This document shows positions 1-25,207 of a stretch of 64,000 bases of DNA, piece by piece. Positions within the stretch are counted from its first letter, which is position 1, and the number at the start of each line of letters is the position of its first letter. A program made the translations under genes and the position numbers. The DNA lies in NCBI RefSeq assembly GCF_009914755.1, contig NC_060947.1, one strand, 5' to 3'. This DNA comes from the human T2T-CHM13v2.0 reference genome, Homo sapiens. Under the pieces are notes generated by a model. That model worked only from the letters and a program-made list of their open reading frames with translations. It was not told the DNA's origin and did no database searches.

Positions 1-765
1 AAAATACGACTGACCATGGCGCAAGGCACAGTCTCAAGACGTCCTGACCAAGGTGGTTGGGTTACAGCTTTCTTTTCTATGTTTTAGAGAGACAGAAGAC
101 ATCAATCAATACATGTGAGGTATACATTGGTTTGGTGCAGAAGGGTAGGACAACTTAAAGCAGGGGAAAGTGGGTGCTTACAGGTCATAGGAAGATGCCA
201 AGGTTTTCTGTTTGGCAATTGCTTGGAGGAGTTAAGTTATTTTCTAAAGACCTGGAATCAATAGAAAGGAGTGTCTGGGTTAACATAAGGGGTTGTGGAG
301 ACCAAGGTTTTTATTACATAGATGAAGTCTCATAAGTGGCTGCCCTTAGAGATAATAAATGGTGAATGTTTCCTATGTAGACTTTAAAAGGTGCTAGAAT
401 CTCAGTTAATCTCTTCAGGTTTAGGAGGGCCTGGAAGGGGAAAGATCTAGTTATGTTAAGGAGATGCTTTACAGATGCAAAATTTCCCCAACTGCCTTGC
501 AGGGCCATTTCAAAATATGTCAAAGAAATCTATTTTGGGGGTAAAATATTTTTATTTCCTTTTTTATCATGTGAAGTTATACCTGAGTCAGGTTGAAATT
601 TGGTATCTTATTGCTACAAAGAATCTGTTTTGTCAGTTTTAAGATCTGTTTTAATGTCAATTGTCATGGCCTGAACTAGTTTTCAGGATTCTTTAGAATC
701 CCCTTGGCAGATGAATGGAGGGGAATTCAGTTGATTGGGGGAGTTAGAATTTGATTTTTCTGGTC
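1..765 (-). mobile_element. MER4-group ERV1 LTR (3' LTR of a minus-strand element, cut by window start)
   Basis: Near-identical to 5890-7050 (ccatggc.caaggca..gtctcaaga.gtcctga...; gacatcaatcaatacatgtgaggtat); resembles MER4-family LTR consensus. Confidence 0.7.
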
Positions 766-781
766 AGGATTGAGCAGAGGA

Positions 782-1379
<598 letters not shown>

Positions 1380-4300
1380 TTTCCCAGAGGCAACATCAAT
1401 GGCCAAACTATCATTTTGTTGCATACCATTGCTGGGGTGGTGTGGCTATGTGCCCTGGGTCTATCCTATCCCTTGGTGGGGACTCACGGCCAACAGATGT
1501 AGAGCCAAAAGACTTATAGCCAATTTAAATATCCTAGGCCAGATGGGAATGGAAGTGGAGCAGGCATTTATCAAACCTTAAAATTTTGTAATGTAAGCAT
1601 CAAGAACCAAAAGTCAAAAGGCAAGGTTACAAAATTGACTTAGCTATAAATTCTACGCATTAAGCTAGAATATCCTCACTTGGCCACTTGAGAAGTGTCT
1701 TTCTCAAACATTTTACATTTTATGAAAAAGCCAACAAGAAAAACCCAACTCTGTAAAATATTTTTAAAATTTTATTCTCAGCCAAATATGAGTGACCATG
1801 GCCCAAGGCACAGTCTCCAGAGGTCCTGAGAACATGTGTCCAAGGTGATTGGTTTACAACTTGGTTTTATATATTTTAGGGAGACCTAAGACATCAGTCA
1901 ATACATGTTTTAGTTATAGACTTGTAGCAATTAGCTTGCAAAAGATAAGTACTTTGTTAAAACTTTTTAAGCTACAGAATTTAGAGACTTTTGTTGTGTC
2001 ACAACGCTTTTAGCAGTCTTTTTAATAGTTTGTCCTAAGGTGCTTGATTTAAAAAAACTTTATATAACAATCTGCATAAATCTCATAACTGGGAGCACTA
2101 TACCCAGGAGGTTTTCTTACCAGAAAAGTTCATATCCTCTTTGCAATTTTCTTTTAATTCTACAGGAAAGAGGAAATTATGGTTGGGATGGATGAAAAAG
2201 GTCCACATACTGGTCCAGGAGGTAAAGTATCTTATTTTGCCAACTGTTTGGGCATCTGTGTGCCCATTTTTTATTTGGAAGATCTAAATTAATTTTGTTG
2301 CTCAAAAATCAACCTTTACAATCTTACACATTTACCTCTTCCAAGATAGTGCCTGAGCCTAGAGGGAAGATGCTTATATAGTTTTAGCAGTGGAGCATTA
2401 GCATTGAAAATAGATCGGGCCCAGTGGGATTCTGAATAGTTTTAAATTTCAGAGATATTAAGCAGAGAGAGAGTGAAAAAGTAACCTTTGTTGTTTTATC
2501 CAATTTTGCAAGCTATGTATAGAGTTAGTAATGTTTAAACGAAAGGGACTTAAGCCCTGCCTAGCTCTGACAATGGCAGGAAAAGAAAACTCACAGGTAA
2601 CTAAACATTTATCTAGTAAGGCATAGAACAAATTATATTAAGATAGATAGATGAAACATTATTCAATGATTACTTATGCCTTTGTATATAGGCCTGGTCC
2701 AGTGTCACATGAAAGCAGTTCATTTTGACTGTCATCTTCTCCCAGGTCTGAAGATGGAACTTTGGTCAACTTGAATTTGATGCCAGATATCAATATTGAC
2801 TATTAAGATTCAGTAGGCGTCAGGATTCCCTTTCAGATGAGATACATGTACCCAGGAGTCAAAGCCCTGCAACTTAACAGCACAAGGGTTAGTTAATAAC
2901 ATTTCATAAAGACCTTTTTTAAGTGGGGCTAGAGGGAGTCTCTCAACTGATGTCTAATCATCAGGCTGGTGGTGGTGATACTGGAGTTTATGACTTGTTG
3001 GCAGCTGTGGAAAGATTCTATATCCTTATAGTGATTAATTTTTATAGTTTTAATAAGCCTCCAGCAATAAGTCAAGTCAGAGACTTAATTTGGGATTTGA
3101 TTTTGAGGATATTTGTCAAAAATGTTAAAAGTCTCAAAATATTTTATTAAAACAGAACCATACAACATTATAAAATAATAGTTAATCATTTAACAAGAGT
3201 CACAATCAAAAGACTTCAACAACAATATAGGAAGTTACACAAATATAAAAACATTAACCCTTTCAAAGTTTGTTTTTTAAGTATTTTTTAAAACCTAATT
3301 AAAACAACACAGGAATTATTTTGATAAAATGTAAAATCACTGTTCCTTACGCTAATCACCAAAAAAGTAAAACAACAACAACAAAAAAGACCTATGGTAG
3401 CAATTATTTTTCCTTATGGGAAGCTTATTTGAATAACCTGAAAGTCAAACCTGCATCCCAGGACTTCTCAAAGACAGAAAGGCTAAAAACAGCAGAGTAC
3501 AGCAGAATTTGAACTTCTAAGATAATCTCAGAAATTTCAAGTTTAAAAAAGAATTACATAATTAAAATTTAAAAATTTCTTGCAATTTCATTGAATAAAT
3601 CAATATTTTAAGAAAATCTAGTCTACCAAAACTTTAGTTTTATATTAGTGTATTTTTAGTATCAAAGCACAATTTCTAGAAGATGATTAAATAATTTCCT
3701 TTCCAGTATAGCCAACTTAATCACACACAAAATTTCTTTTATAAATTCTGTTTTTTACAAACCCTATTATGACTTTCACATACTATTTATGACATGCTTG
3801 AACTTTCTGTTTTATTCTAGGACAAAAATTTATCATACAAGATTCTTTTTCACACAAAATTATTTTCCTTTTAAACTCTATTACCAAAAAATACTGCTTT
3901 TATAGCTATAGCTTTCTTTACATTTCTTTTACTTACTATCAGCTCATTTTACCCTGTTTCAAAGTAACCCTTGAATTAGACAAAAATTATTTACTTTTAT
4001 TAAGAACACATTTTTATGTCTTATAATTTTTCTTATTTTCATCAGAATATATCTTTTTTTGGCATGTTTTACATGTAGAATTATATATTAAATTCAATTT
4101 TTATTTTTAGTAACCTTACTTTTTTGTGAAGACCTAGTAAATAGGAAATCTTAAATTGTTTATCACATGAGCATTTTATAGATGAAAACCATTTTATAAT
4201 TAATTTGTTTGAAAATGTTTTTGTATATATAATCTTTTAAAACAATTGGATATGACCCACATATTTAATAATTATCTCTTATTTAACTTAACATAACTTT

Positions 4301-5835
4301 AAGAATTTAAAATTACAGGACAAGTTTATTTATAAACATTTATTCCATTGCATTTATTTGACTATTTATTTATTTTTAATATTTTACCTAGAGTACTTAT
4401 GAAAACTGTGATGTTAGACAAAGCTAGTCATTATTTAAAGTTATTTCTCTGTTAACCAATTTTACAGCATGTGAATATCAGGTGTTTAACTAAGTATGAA
4501 ATTTACAGTTAAATAAATGTTTTTTTTTTTTTGCTGATAACTCAGGATTTATCTGTTTTCATTAGACCAACAATATTAAATGCCTTATTTATCAAAAATT
4601 ACACAAAGATCATAGATTTGGGGCTGAGTTTATACTTCTATATCCTTTGTGCCAAACTTTAACACCTTATAAAATATCTATAAGAGATAAACACAAAACC
4701 ACCTGACCAGTAAATCTAGACAAAATGTGTGCTGACAATTCTGAAGACATTTCTAATTTTATTTTACCAATAATTTTAAAGTCAGCTTATTTGTTAAAGA
4801 TTTACTTAAGTCACATGAACTAGAAAAGCACTGGGCTTATTTACTTAATTTATGAGTACTCCTTTATTGTAAAGCCAATTTGGTACTTTGTGGTCACAAC
4901 ACATTAAAAAAAATGGATGTACGTACATACAAACACATCTAAACACATACACACACATACAAACAAAGATCTTATAGCTTTTATTTCAGAACTCTAACCA
5001 TGAGATAAATACAAACTCACCAGTTTGAAAAAAAAAAAGAAAGAAAAAGAAATGGTTGGATGCAGACAGTGGTTTTTATCTCAACTCCAGTAGAAAAGTA
5101 ACAACAGATTTAAAGCAGGCAGAAAAGAAAATAGAGAAATACACATAAAACTTTAAAGACTCTATATTCGCAGGTTGACTTTTGACCTCTGAATTTTTCT
5201 TGATGTAATTTAGCCACAAGTTTAAAATGTGCCCAAGAATAGACCATAATATGTAACCAGCTGGAGTATTAGAAAACCTGGCATGCCTTCAAACTTTTCC
5301 ATTTACACAAATGCTTGCAAGTAGAGGCATCATAAAACCAAACAACGTGCCCAAAAGGGGGTTGTTATCTTTGTATCTCCTCATTCTTTGATTATTTGTT
5401 TCCCTTTTTTTAATTTTCTTTAAGGGAGGAACCAAACTGTAGTCTGCGTTTCAATGGAGTGGAGCTGAGAAGTTCAGTCTCTCGTTGATTCACACAAGGG
5501 ACAGTTCAGTTTCTCAAGCAAATGCACAAACAAGCCAAGTGAGATTAATTTGGGGAGAAAGAGGCAATGGAAAAGATCCTTCAGAATGCTTTCTGAATCA
5601 AAATTAGGATCCTGAACAACAACTTCCTAGGAAAAGAACCAGCTCAGAATAAAGCAGAAGACTGTCAACTGAGCAGGAGGTTCAGGGCTGAGGAGGACTT
5701 ACCAGTTTCACTCAAGAAGAAGCTTGGAGTTGGGGGGCTTTCAATGGGCCCCTGCTGGTACCTTAGCTCTGGGTTTGGGTGACTCTTTCAGGGTTCTGAG
5801 TCTTCTCTGAGGCCCCATATGTAGGGTGCCAATTA
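1380..5835 (-). mobile_element. Degenerate MER4-group ERV internal region, with a nested LTR fragment at ~1735-1908
   Basis: Lies between two matching LTRs; AT-rich, no coding ORF; PBS-like ttggcaccctac on the - strand at 5821-5832 next to the LTR. Confidence 0.55.
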
Positions 5836-5837
5836 AT

Positions 5838-7050
<1,213 letters not shown>

Positions 7051-7094
7051 CATGAAACTTGACCTTGAAAGTTATTTTATGAATATGAACCATT

Positions 7095-7790
7095 TTCTTT
7101 TTTTTATTATTATACTTTAAGTTTTGGGATACATGTGCAGAATATGCAGGTTTGTTACATAGGTATACACATGCCATGGTGGTTTGTGGCACTCATCAAC
7201 CTGCCGTCTACATTAGGTATTTCTTCTAATGCTATCCCTCCCCTAGTCCCCCACCACTGACAGGCCCCAATGTGTGATGTTCCCCTCCCTGTGTCCACGT
7301 GTTCTCATTGATCAACTCCCACTTATGAGTGATAACATTCAGTGTTTGGTTTTCTGTTCCTGTGTTAGTTTGCTGAGAATGATGGTTTCCAGCTTCATTC
7401 ATGTCCCTGCAAAAGACATGAACTCATCCTTTTTTGTGGCTGCATAGTATTCCATGGTGTATATGTGCCACATTTTCTGTATCCAGTCTATCATCAATGG
7501 GCATTTAGGTTGGTTCCAAGTCTTTGCTATTGTGAACATTGCCGCAATAAACATATGTATACGTGTGCATGTGTCTTTGTAGTAGAATGATTGATCATCC
7601 TTTGGGTATATACCCAGTAATGGGATTACTGGGTCAAATGGAATTTCTGATTCTAGATCCTTAAGGAATCGACACACTCTTCCACAATGGTTGAACTAAC
7701 TTACACTCCCACCAACAATGTAAAAGCTTTCCTATTTCTCCACATTATCTCCAGCATCTGTTGTTTCCTGACTTTTTAATGATTGCCAAA
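7095..7790 (-). mobile_element. L1PA 3' end (ORF2 C-terminus and 3' UTR)
   Basis: ORF 7399-7677 (-) reads ...IPFDPVIPLLGIYPKD...MFIAAMFTIAKTWNQPKCP...MWHIYTMEYYAA, the L1 ORF2p C-terminus; poly(T) at left end. Confidence 0.95.
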
Positions 7791-7809
7791 TACCTAATGA
7801 CTTTTTAAT

Positions 7810-10600
<2,791 letters not shown>

Positions 10601-11166
10601 CTGATATATTTTACTGATAATTTCAAAGAATCTGTTTAAAATTCATTGATTATTAATTTTTGGCTTTCTATTCCTGTGATTTCACTTTCAAAATGATTGA
10701 ATCAATTCTTCTCATTTGCTTGGATTAATTATTTGTTTATTAACATTTGGTAAGATTAGTTCATTCTTTTCGGTCTTATTACCTTAATTTTCAAAACTGT
10801 TTTATATAACACTTGGTTGAGCTTATGATAATAAATAAATAAATAAACATTTTAATAAAGTCATTAATGGATAAAGGCTTTCCTCTGAGAAAAGCATCTG
10901 CAGGCATAATAGGATTTGACTTGATGTATTTTGCCTTTAATTATTCTCTGGATATTATGTAAGTTCCCTTTTTATTTCCTATTTGAGTAAAAGAGAATCT
11001 TAAACGTGTTTATTAATTTCAGATTGGATAAGATTTTGGTAATGTTTCTTTACTTCCAAATTTATTGAATAGACAAATGATATGGATGGATAAATGCTTA
11101 CTATTTTAATACATTAAATGATTTTAAGCCAAAAGACTGATAAACCTATTAAAAATTCTCATTCTT

Positions 11167-11470
11167 GCCGGGCACAGTGGCTCACACCTGTAATCCCAGC
11201 ACTTTAGGAGGCCAAGGTGGGCGGATCACTTGAGGTCAGGAGTTTGAGACTAGCCTGGCCAACATGGGGAAACCCCGTCTCTACTAAAAAATACAAAAAT
11301 AGGCCGGCGTGGTGGCAGGCACCTGTAATCTCACCTACTCAGGGGGCTGAGGCAGGAGAATCACTTGAACCTGGGAGGTTGGAGGTTGCGGTGAGCCAAG
11401 ATCAGGCCACTATACTCCAGCCTGGGCGACAGAGCCAGAAGTCCATCTCAAAAAAAAAAAAAAAAAAACA
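11167..11470 (+). mobile_element. Alu
   Basis: Dimeric Alu with poly(A) tail. Confidence 0.9.
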
Positions 11471-11749
11471 AAACTCATTCTCTAATTGTGAGATGTAAAG
11501 TGTTATATTTAATACGTAAATTGTGTTTATTGATTGAATAATTCAGTTCTTTATGTCTTTTACAGGAATTTAAAGACTGATTTATGCATAAAACAAGAGA
11601 ATCAGAAGTATTAAATTTAATCAGTGCTTATTATGGCATGGTCCATTTATATCAGTGTTTTTCTTTTTGAGAGTATTTCCTTATTTTCTGAATCCATGTA
11701 TAAATAAAAGCTATTTTCTACTAAAAAAAAACCATGGTAACATGGATCA

Positions 11750-12870
<1,121 letters not shown>

Positions 12871-13094
12871 TAAAAAGCTTAAAATATGGAAAGTAAAAAG
12901 CTGTTTAATAGTATTGAAAAGTGCTTCTGTTGCAATCTTAAATGAGGTCCACAGCAAGCATACATTACTTTTTTTGTTTTTTTAAGTGTCTGTTATGGAA
13001 GGAGAGTATAGAAATGTGTTACTCTCTGTAAGGCAATTTCTGTAATATACAAATTATGCCTAACTACCTCTATTGGCTATGCTTAGAAAAGGAT

Positions 13095-14109
<1,015 letters not shown>

Positions 14110-14264
14110 GGAGTAACTCCCAAACAAGTATTAGTGTAGGACTGAAAATAAATGCAGACTATCTTGAGAGTCTCAAAGGAAAATAGGGTGGCTAGAGAGG
14201 CCTTTCTCTAAGTCTTGAACTTCTAGCATTTTATTCTCTCTCTTAAGCTTGGAGACTTCACACT

Positions 14265-15960
<1,696 letters not shown>

Positions 15961-16594
15961 ATGAGGGCACAAAAAGGAGAAAGTTGCTAGAAGCTTAGAG
16001 ATTTTCGCTGGCAAACAATTTACAAATCCTGGTGGTCTCTGTTCTGGCTCCCCTCCCAGACAACCAGGGAGTTCTTCATGTTGTAGCTCATGTGTTGCAT
16101 TGTAGGCAACAATGTGGCATGCATGAATCATAGAGAAGGGACCAGATAGCTGTCATTACTGCATGTCAAATATGTTCCGCATGGCAAGATACTCATAGTA
16201 CATATGTTCAATTCCTGTCCAGGTTACTCAGTGTTTCATCTCGGGGTCTCATCATCTAACATCAAAACACAGCATGTTCCCATGCCATTACATATTCTTC
16301 AGGTATTTCCTGAGACTTTATGGTGTGTGTGTGTGTATGTGTGTGTGTGTGTCTGTCTGCATTTTATAATTTGTCTTTTAGGTATAATGTTTACAGTATT
16401 CTCCCACTAATTAATTAAAAAATAATGGCTGCCAAAGATTCGGAAAAATCCACATACTACTAAAGAAGAAAAACACTACCATACAACGTGTCAAGGCAAC
16501 TAACCTTTTGGATCATTTCTGTGTATATCTTTCAATATATATATACATTCTTGATTTCATGTAAAAAATAAATCTGTATTAAAACTGGATTATA

Positions 16595-16890
16595 GGCTGG
16601 GCACGGTGGCTCACACCTGTAATCCCAGCACTTTGGGAGGCCAAGGTGGGCGGATCACCTGAGGTCAGGAGTTCGTGATCAACCCGGCCAACACAGTGAA
16701 ACTTCATCTCTACTAAAAATACAAAACTTAGCGGGCACCTGTAATCCCAGCTACTCAGGAGGCTGGGGCAGGACAATCACTTGAACCTGGGAGGCAGAGG
16801 GTGCAGTGAGCCAAGATCATGCCACTGCACTCCAGCCTGGGCGACAGAGGGAAACTTTGTCTCAAAAACAAAACAAAACAAAACAAAAAA
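16595..16890 (+). mobile_element. Alu
   Basis: Dimeric Alu with (CAAAA)n tail, TSD aaaactggatta. Confidence 0.9.
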
Positions 16891-17590
16891 ACTGGATTAC
16901 ATTGTACATTGTGGATTGAATCAGACCAAGTATGTATGTTAACAAAGGTTTGAGGAGCATGAATTAATTTGAATGTCATCAATATTATATGTCAACATTT
17001 TAAGCCTTCATTATAAACAAAGGTAAATCTTAAACTATGCCCTCGAAAACATTGCTTTAGAAAAGTAGACACTATTTTTTGTTTGAATTTTTACAGATAC
17101 ATCACAATGTGCATATTGGCTCTCTAGAACACATACATGATTATATATTTGGTTTAAGGTTATCACATTTTAGAAGTAGAGTAAAATATACTTTACTTTG
17201 TCATTTACCGTGTGGAAGGGTTTAATCCTCAAGGTTCAATAATTTACTTTTCTCACTAAATCAGACACAGGGAATGGCTGCTTATGAGGACATAGAATGC
17301 AATTAAGATTTTGTGAGGACTAAAGGGATTACCCGGTGCAGATGAATGACATGTATCCAACCTAAATGGGAATGATAGGCTCATTGCCCCTCCACACTAT
17401 CCTCCCTTGCAGAAGAAACCAATCAACCTCCTGTCACTACCACTGGGATTCAGCTAGGTGTGATTTCCTTACCAGGCTTCTATCCACTGCCTAGGCACAC
17501 AGCCTCTATTAAAGATAGTTAGCAAGGAATGAATAAACAATTCTTTAGCCTAAGGAATTCTAGGTCTGAGACCAGCAACTTTTCTAGCTT

Positions 17591-19476
<1,886 letters not shown>

Positions 19477-19563
19477 GCTTCAGATATGGGACACTGTCTC
19501 ATATGTAGGGCTGCTCTCTTCCACAAAAATGGTCAGACCAAGCTATTTCTCCAGGAGGTAGTT

Positions 19564-20083
19564 TAGCAGTCCCCAGCCTTTTTAGCATCAGGGATCGGTT
19601 TTGTGGAAGATAAATTTTGCACAGTCCAAGGTTGGGGATGGTTTCAGTTAGATTCAAGCTCACTACATTAATCATGCACTTTATTTCTATTGTTATTACA
19701 CTGTAATATATAATGAAATAATTATACAACTCACCATAATGTAGAATCAGTAGGCACCCTGAGCCTTGTTTTCCTGCAACTAGATGATCCCATCTGGGGG
19801 TCATGAGAGACAGTGACAGATCATCAGGCATTAGATTTTCATAAGGATAGCCCAACCTAGATCCTTGCATGAACAGTTCACAATAGGATTCATGCTCCTA
19901 TGAGACTCTAATGTTGCCAATGCTGACAAGAGGTGGAACTCAGGCGGTAATGCAAACGATGGGGAGTGGCTTTAAATATCAGTGAAACTTTGCCTGCTCC
20001 ACGCTCACCTCCTGCTATGCAGCCCAGTTCCTAAGAGACCACAGAACAGTACAGGTCCGTGGCCCAGGAACTGGAGACCCTTG
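19564..20083. mobile_element. MER1A-type hAT (Charlie) DNA transposon
   Basis: Starts cagtccccagccttttt...; internal ataataatgaaataattatacaactcaccataatgtagaatcagt-like motif; ends ggagacccttg; ~520 bp. Confidence 0.85.
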
Positions 20084-20206
20084 ATCTAGCAGATATCTAA
20101 GTCTACGTTAGGTGAAACAGCGTGGGGAGTCTAGATGTCATTTTGTCATTTCCAGGAATGGGGGTCATTGAGAAATGCTTCCCAGAGGGTCGTTAAGACA
20201 CTTCTA

Positions 20207-20506
20207 TTTTTGTTTTGTTTTGTTTTGTTTTGAGACAGGGTTTCACTTTGTCTCCCAGGAAGAAGTGCACTGTTGCCCACTGCAACCTTGACCTGCAGGG
20301 CTCAAGCAATCCCCCCAGCTTAGCCTCCTAAGTAGCTGGGATTATGGGCAGGCACTACCGTGCCCAGCTAATTTTGTGGGGATTTTTATACAGACAGAGC
20401 TTCACCATGTTACCCAAGCTGGTCTCAAACTCCTGAGCTCAAGCAATCCACCTGCCTCAGCCTCCCAAACTGCTAGGATTGCAGGCATGAGCCACCGGGC
20501 CTGGCC
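20207..20506 (-). mobile_element. Old Alu (AluJ-like)
   Basis: Diverged Alu with (TTTTG)n tail. Confidence 0.85.
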
Positions 20507-21169
20507 GAATCTTTAAAACATTCCTGAATGCCAATAGCATCTATGTCTACAGACCATCAATCAACTCTAACCAGCTTGAGGGAGAGCTAGGTACAGTCAA
20601 GGATGTCACAAAAGCCAGGTCCCTTACCCTGGAATGCCTGCCTGAATCTTCAGAGGCCAGGAGAAGTCCTACCTGAAGAAGATCTTGAAGCACTGGAAGG
20701 TCACACTACAGTACCAGACTAATATTACATCCTTTTTTAAAAGATTCAGATACTGAGATAACAAACAATGAAAAAGAATGTCATGGGGAACAAGTCACCC
20801 ATACAATTTTAGCCACCCTTGTTGATTTTTCAATTATGAGTCATGGAGTATCTGGAGGTCTCCACACCTAAGGGTGGATATCTTCATGAAGAACTAGCTT
20901 TGAAGCTGGTACACAGAACGCTCGCTAGAATGAGATAAATACTGGTTTCCTCAGGACTAAAAAATGCCATCATTCTCAGGGAATGTCCAACGGAAAAGAG
21001 CCACCTATCTGCCCTCCTTGAGAGAACTGAGATTACCATCAGTGTCCTAGTATGAGAAAAGACATTCCCATGAACTTATAAAGTCACAGATAATCCTGGC
21101 TTGTGGGCTTAGATAATTGCTTAGGCTTTCCATTACATTCTTGCTTCCTGGAAGCAGCTAGCTCAGTCC

Positions 21170-21915
<746 letters not shown>

Positions 21916-22261
21916 ACTCAGTATTGGCCAGCCAGGATTGCTCCAGTGCACTCCAGCCTGGGTGACAGAATAAGAGTCGGGCTCAAAAAAAAGAAAAGAA
22001 AAAGAAAGAAAAAAAGAAAAGAAAAGAAAAAGAACTCAGTATCCGCACAACCAAGTCTTTCCCTTTCTGCTTTTTCACTCAGCATCATATCTGAAGGGTT
22101 TTATTGTGATATCGAATTGTCTTGTAATATTAGGGACAGACCTCAGGGATCCATGCCTACGGAAACAAACAAACAAAAAAGCAACAACAAATGTTTACCC
22201 CTAAGGTCTTGGAGAATAGCAAAGCTAAGCACCAGGCCATGTGGTTCTTGTCCTGACCCTC

Positions 22262-22685
22262 TGTCAGGCCTCTGAGCCCAAGCTAAGCCATCATATCCCC
22301 TGTGACCTGCACGTACACATCCAGATGGCCGGTTCCTGCCTTAACTGATGACATTCCACCACAAAAGAAGTGAAAATGGCCTGTTCCTGCCTTAACTGAT
22401 GACATTGTCTTGTGAAATTCCTTTTCTTGGCTCATCCTGGCTCAAAAAGCTCCCCTACTGAGCACCTTGGAGCACCTTGTGACCCCGACTCTGCCCGCCA
22501 GAGAACAACTCCCCTTTGACTATAATTTTCCTTTATCTACCCAAATCCTATAAAACAGCCCCACCTTTATCTCCCTTCCCTGACTCTCTTTTCAGACTCA
22601 GCCCGCCTGCGCCCAGGTGAAATAAACAGCCATGTTGCTCACACAAAGCCTGTTTAGTGGTCTCTTCACACGGACGTGCATGAAA
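22262..22685 (+). promoter_or_regulatory. HERV-H 5' LTR (LTR7)
   Basis: Repeated ttcctgccttaactgatgacatt, TATA cctataaaa ~22547, AATAAA 22621, ends catgaaa; 10-bp duplication gagcaccttg absent from the 3' LTR. Confidence 0.95.
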
Positions 22686-22686
22686 T

Positions 22687-22705
22687 TTTGTGCCATGACT
22701 CGGAT
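22687..22705 (+). other. Primer binding site, tRNA-His type
   Basis: tttgtgccatgactcggat vs canonical TGGTGCCGTGACTCGGAT (2 mismatches). Confidence 0.85.
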
Positions 22706-23639
22706 CAGGGGACCTCCCTTGGGATATCAATCCCTTGTCCTCCTGCTCTTTGCTCCATGAAAAAGATCCACTTACAACCTCAGGTCCTCAGACCAACTAG
22801 CCCAAGGAACATCTCACCAATTTTAAATCGGGTAAGCGGCCTCTTTTTACTCACTTCTCCAACCTCCCTCACTATCCCTCAACCTCTTTCTCCTTTCAAT
22901 CTTGGTGCCACACTTTAATCTCTCCCTTCTCTTAATTTCAATTCCTTTCATTTTCTGGTAGAGACAAAGGAGACACGTTTTATCCATGGACCCAAAACTC
23001 CAGCGCCGGTCATGGACTAGGGAAGGCAGCCTTCCATTAGTGTTTAATCATTGCAGGGACACCTCTCTGATTATTCACCCAGGTTTCAGAGGTGTCAGAC
23101 CACTCAAGGACACCTGCCTTGGTCTTTCACCCTTAGCGGCAAGTCCCGCTTTTCTAGGGGAGGGGCAAGTACCCCAACCCCTTCTCTCCGTGTCTCTACC
23201 CCTTCTCCGCCTTTCTGGGTGGCAAGAAACCTCCAACCCCTTCTCCTTCACTCTTAGCAGCAAGTCCCACTTTTCTGGGGGAGGGGCAAGTACCCCAACC
23301 TTGTATCTCTGTGCCCCGATCCCTTCTTTCCATGCTCCGACCTCTTATATCTCTGCACCCCGATCCCTTATTTCTGCACCCCAACCTCTTATATCTCTGT
23401 GCCCTGATCCCTTATTTCCATGCCCCGACCTCATATCTCTGCGCCTCAACCCCTTTCCCGCTTTTCTGGAGGTTAAGAACCCCCGAACCACTTCCCTACG
23501 TGTCTCTACTCTCCCTTTTCTTTAAACTTGCCTCCTTCACTATAGGCAACCTTCCACCCTCCATTCCTCCTTCTTCTCCCTTAGCCTGTGTTCTTAAGAA
23601 CATAAAACCTCTTCAACTCTTGCCTGACCTAAAACCTAA

Positions 23640-24780
23640 ATGCCTTATTTTCTTCCACAATGCCGCTTGACCCCAATACAAACTCGACAGTGGTTCTAAA
23701 TGGCCAGAAAACGGCACTTTCGATTTCTCCATCCTACAAGATCTAAATAATTCTTGCCGTAAAATAGGCAAACGGTCTGAGGTGCCTGACGTCCAGGCAT
23801 TCTTTTACACATCGGTCCCTTCCTAGTCTCTGTTCCCAGTGTAACTAGTCCCAAATCTTCCTTCTTTCCCTCCCACCTGTTCCCTCAGTCCCAACCCCAA
23901 GCGTCACTGAGTCTTTCTAATCTTCCTTTTCTACAGACCCATCTGACCTCTCCCCTCCTCGCCAGGCCGAGCTAGGTCCCAATTCTTCCTCTGCCTCCGC
24001 TCTTCCACCCTATAATCCTTCTACCACCTCCCCTCCTCACACCCGGTCCAGCTTACAGTTTAGTTCCGCGACTAGTTCTTCCCCACCTGCCCAACAATTT
24101 CCTCTTAAAAAGGTGGCTGAAGCTAAAAGCATAGTCAAAGTTAATGCTCCTTTTTCTTTATCCAACCTCTCCCAAATCAGTTAGCGTTTAGGCTCTTTCA
24201 TCAAATCTGAAAAACCCAGCCCAGTTCATGGCTCGTTCGGCAGCAACCCTGAGACGCTTTACAGCCCTAGACCCTAAAAGGTCAAAAGGCCATCTTATTC
24301 TCAATATACGTTTTATTACCCAATCCACTCCTGACATTAAATAAAACTCCAAAAATTAAATTCCGGCCCTCAAACCCCACAACAGGAGTTAATTAACCTC
24401 ACCTTCAAGGTGTACAATAATACAATAGAGGCAGCCAAGTAGCGACGTATTTCTGAGTTGCAATTCCTTGCCTCCACTGTGAGACAAACCCCAGCCACAT
24501 CTCCAGCACACAAGAACTCCAAATGCCCGAACCGCAGCTGCCAGGGGTTCCTCCAGAACCTCCTCCCCCAGGAGCTTGCTACAAGTGCCGGAAATCTGGC
24601 CACTGGGCCAAGGAATGCCCACAGCCCGGGATTCCTCCTAAGCCGCATCCCATCTGTGTGGGACCCCACTGAAAATTGGACTGTTCAACTCACTTGGCAA
24701 CCACTCCCAGAGCCCCTGGAACTCTGGCCCAAGGCTCTGTGACTGACTCCTTCCCAGATCTTCTCCACTTAGCAGCTGAA
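23640..24780 (+). pseudogene. gag: HERV-H gag remnant
   Basis: ~24574-24630 encodes the CCHC knuckle CYKCRKSGHWAKECPQP; frame broken by stops. Confidence 0.85.
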
Positions 24781-24847
24781 GACTGACACTGCCCAATCGC
24801 CTCGGAAGCCTACAGGACCATCACAGACGCTCTAGGTAACTCTCACA

Positions 24848-25207
24848 GTGGAGGGTAAGTCTGTCCCCTTCTTAATCAATATGGAGGCTACCCACTCCAC
24901 ATTATCTTCTTTTCAAGGGCCTGTTTCCCTTACCTCCATAATTGTTGTGGGTATTGATGGCCAGGCTTCTAAACCTCTTAAAACTCCCCAACTCTGGTGC
25001 CAACTTAAACAATACTCTTTTAAGCACTCCTTTTTAGTTATCCCCACCTGCCCAGTTCCCTTATTAGGCCGAGACACTTTAACTAAATTATCTGCTTCCC
25101 TGACTATTCCTAGGCTACAGCCACACCTCATTGCTGCCTTTTCCCCCAGTTCAAAGCCTCCTTCACATCCTCCCCTTGTATCTCCCCACCTTAACCCACA
25201 AGTATAA
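24848..25207 (+). pseudogene. pro: HERV-H protease remnant (catalytic DTG motif lost)
   Basis: ORF ...VPFLINMEATHSTL...IVVGIDGQ...HSFLVIPTCPVPLLGRDTLTKL; NME replaces DTG. Confidence 0.9.

Noticed and set aside
22986-23670. 179-aa and 119-aa ORFs and short tandem repeats in the HERV-H leader
   Set aside because: Standard C/T-rich HERV-H pre-gag region; not a host gene.
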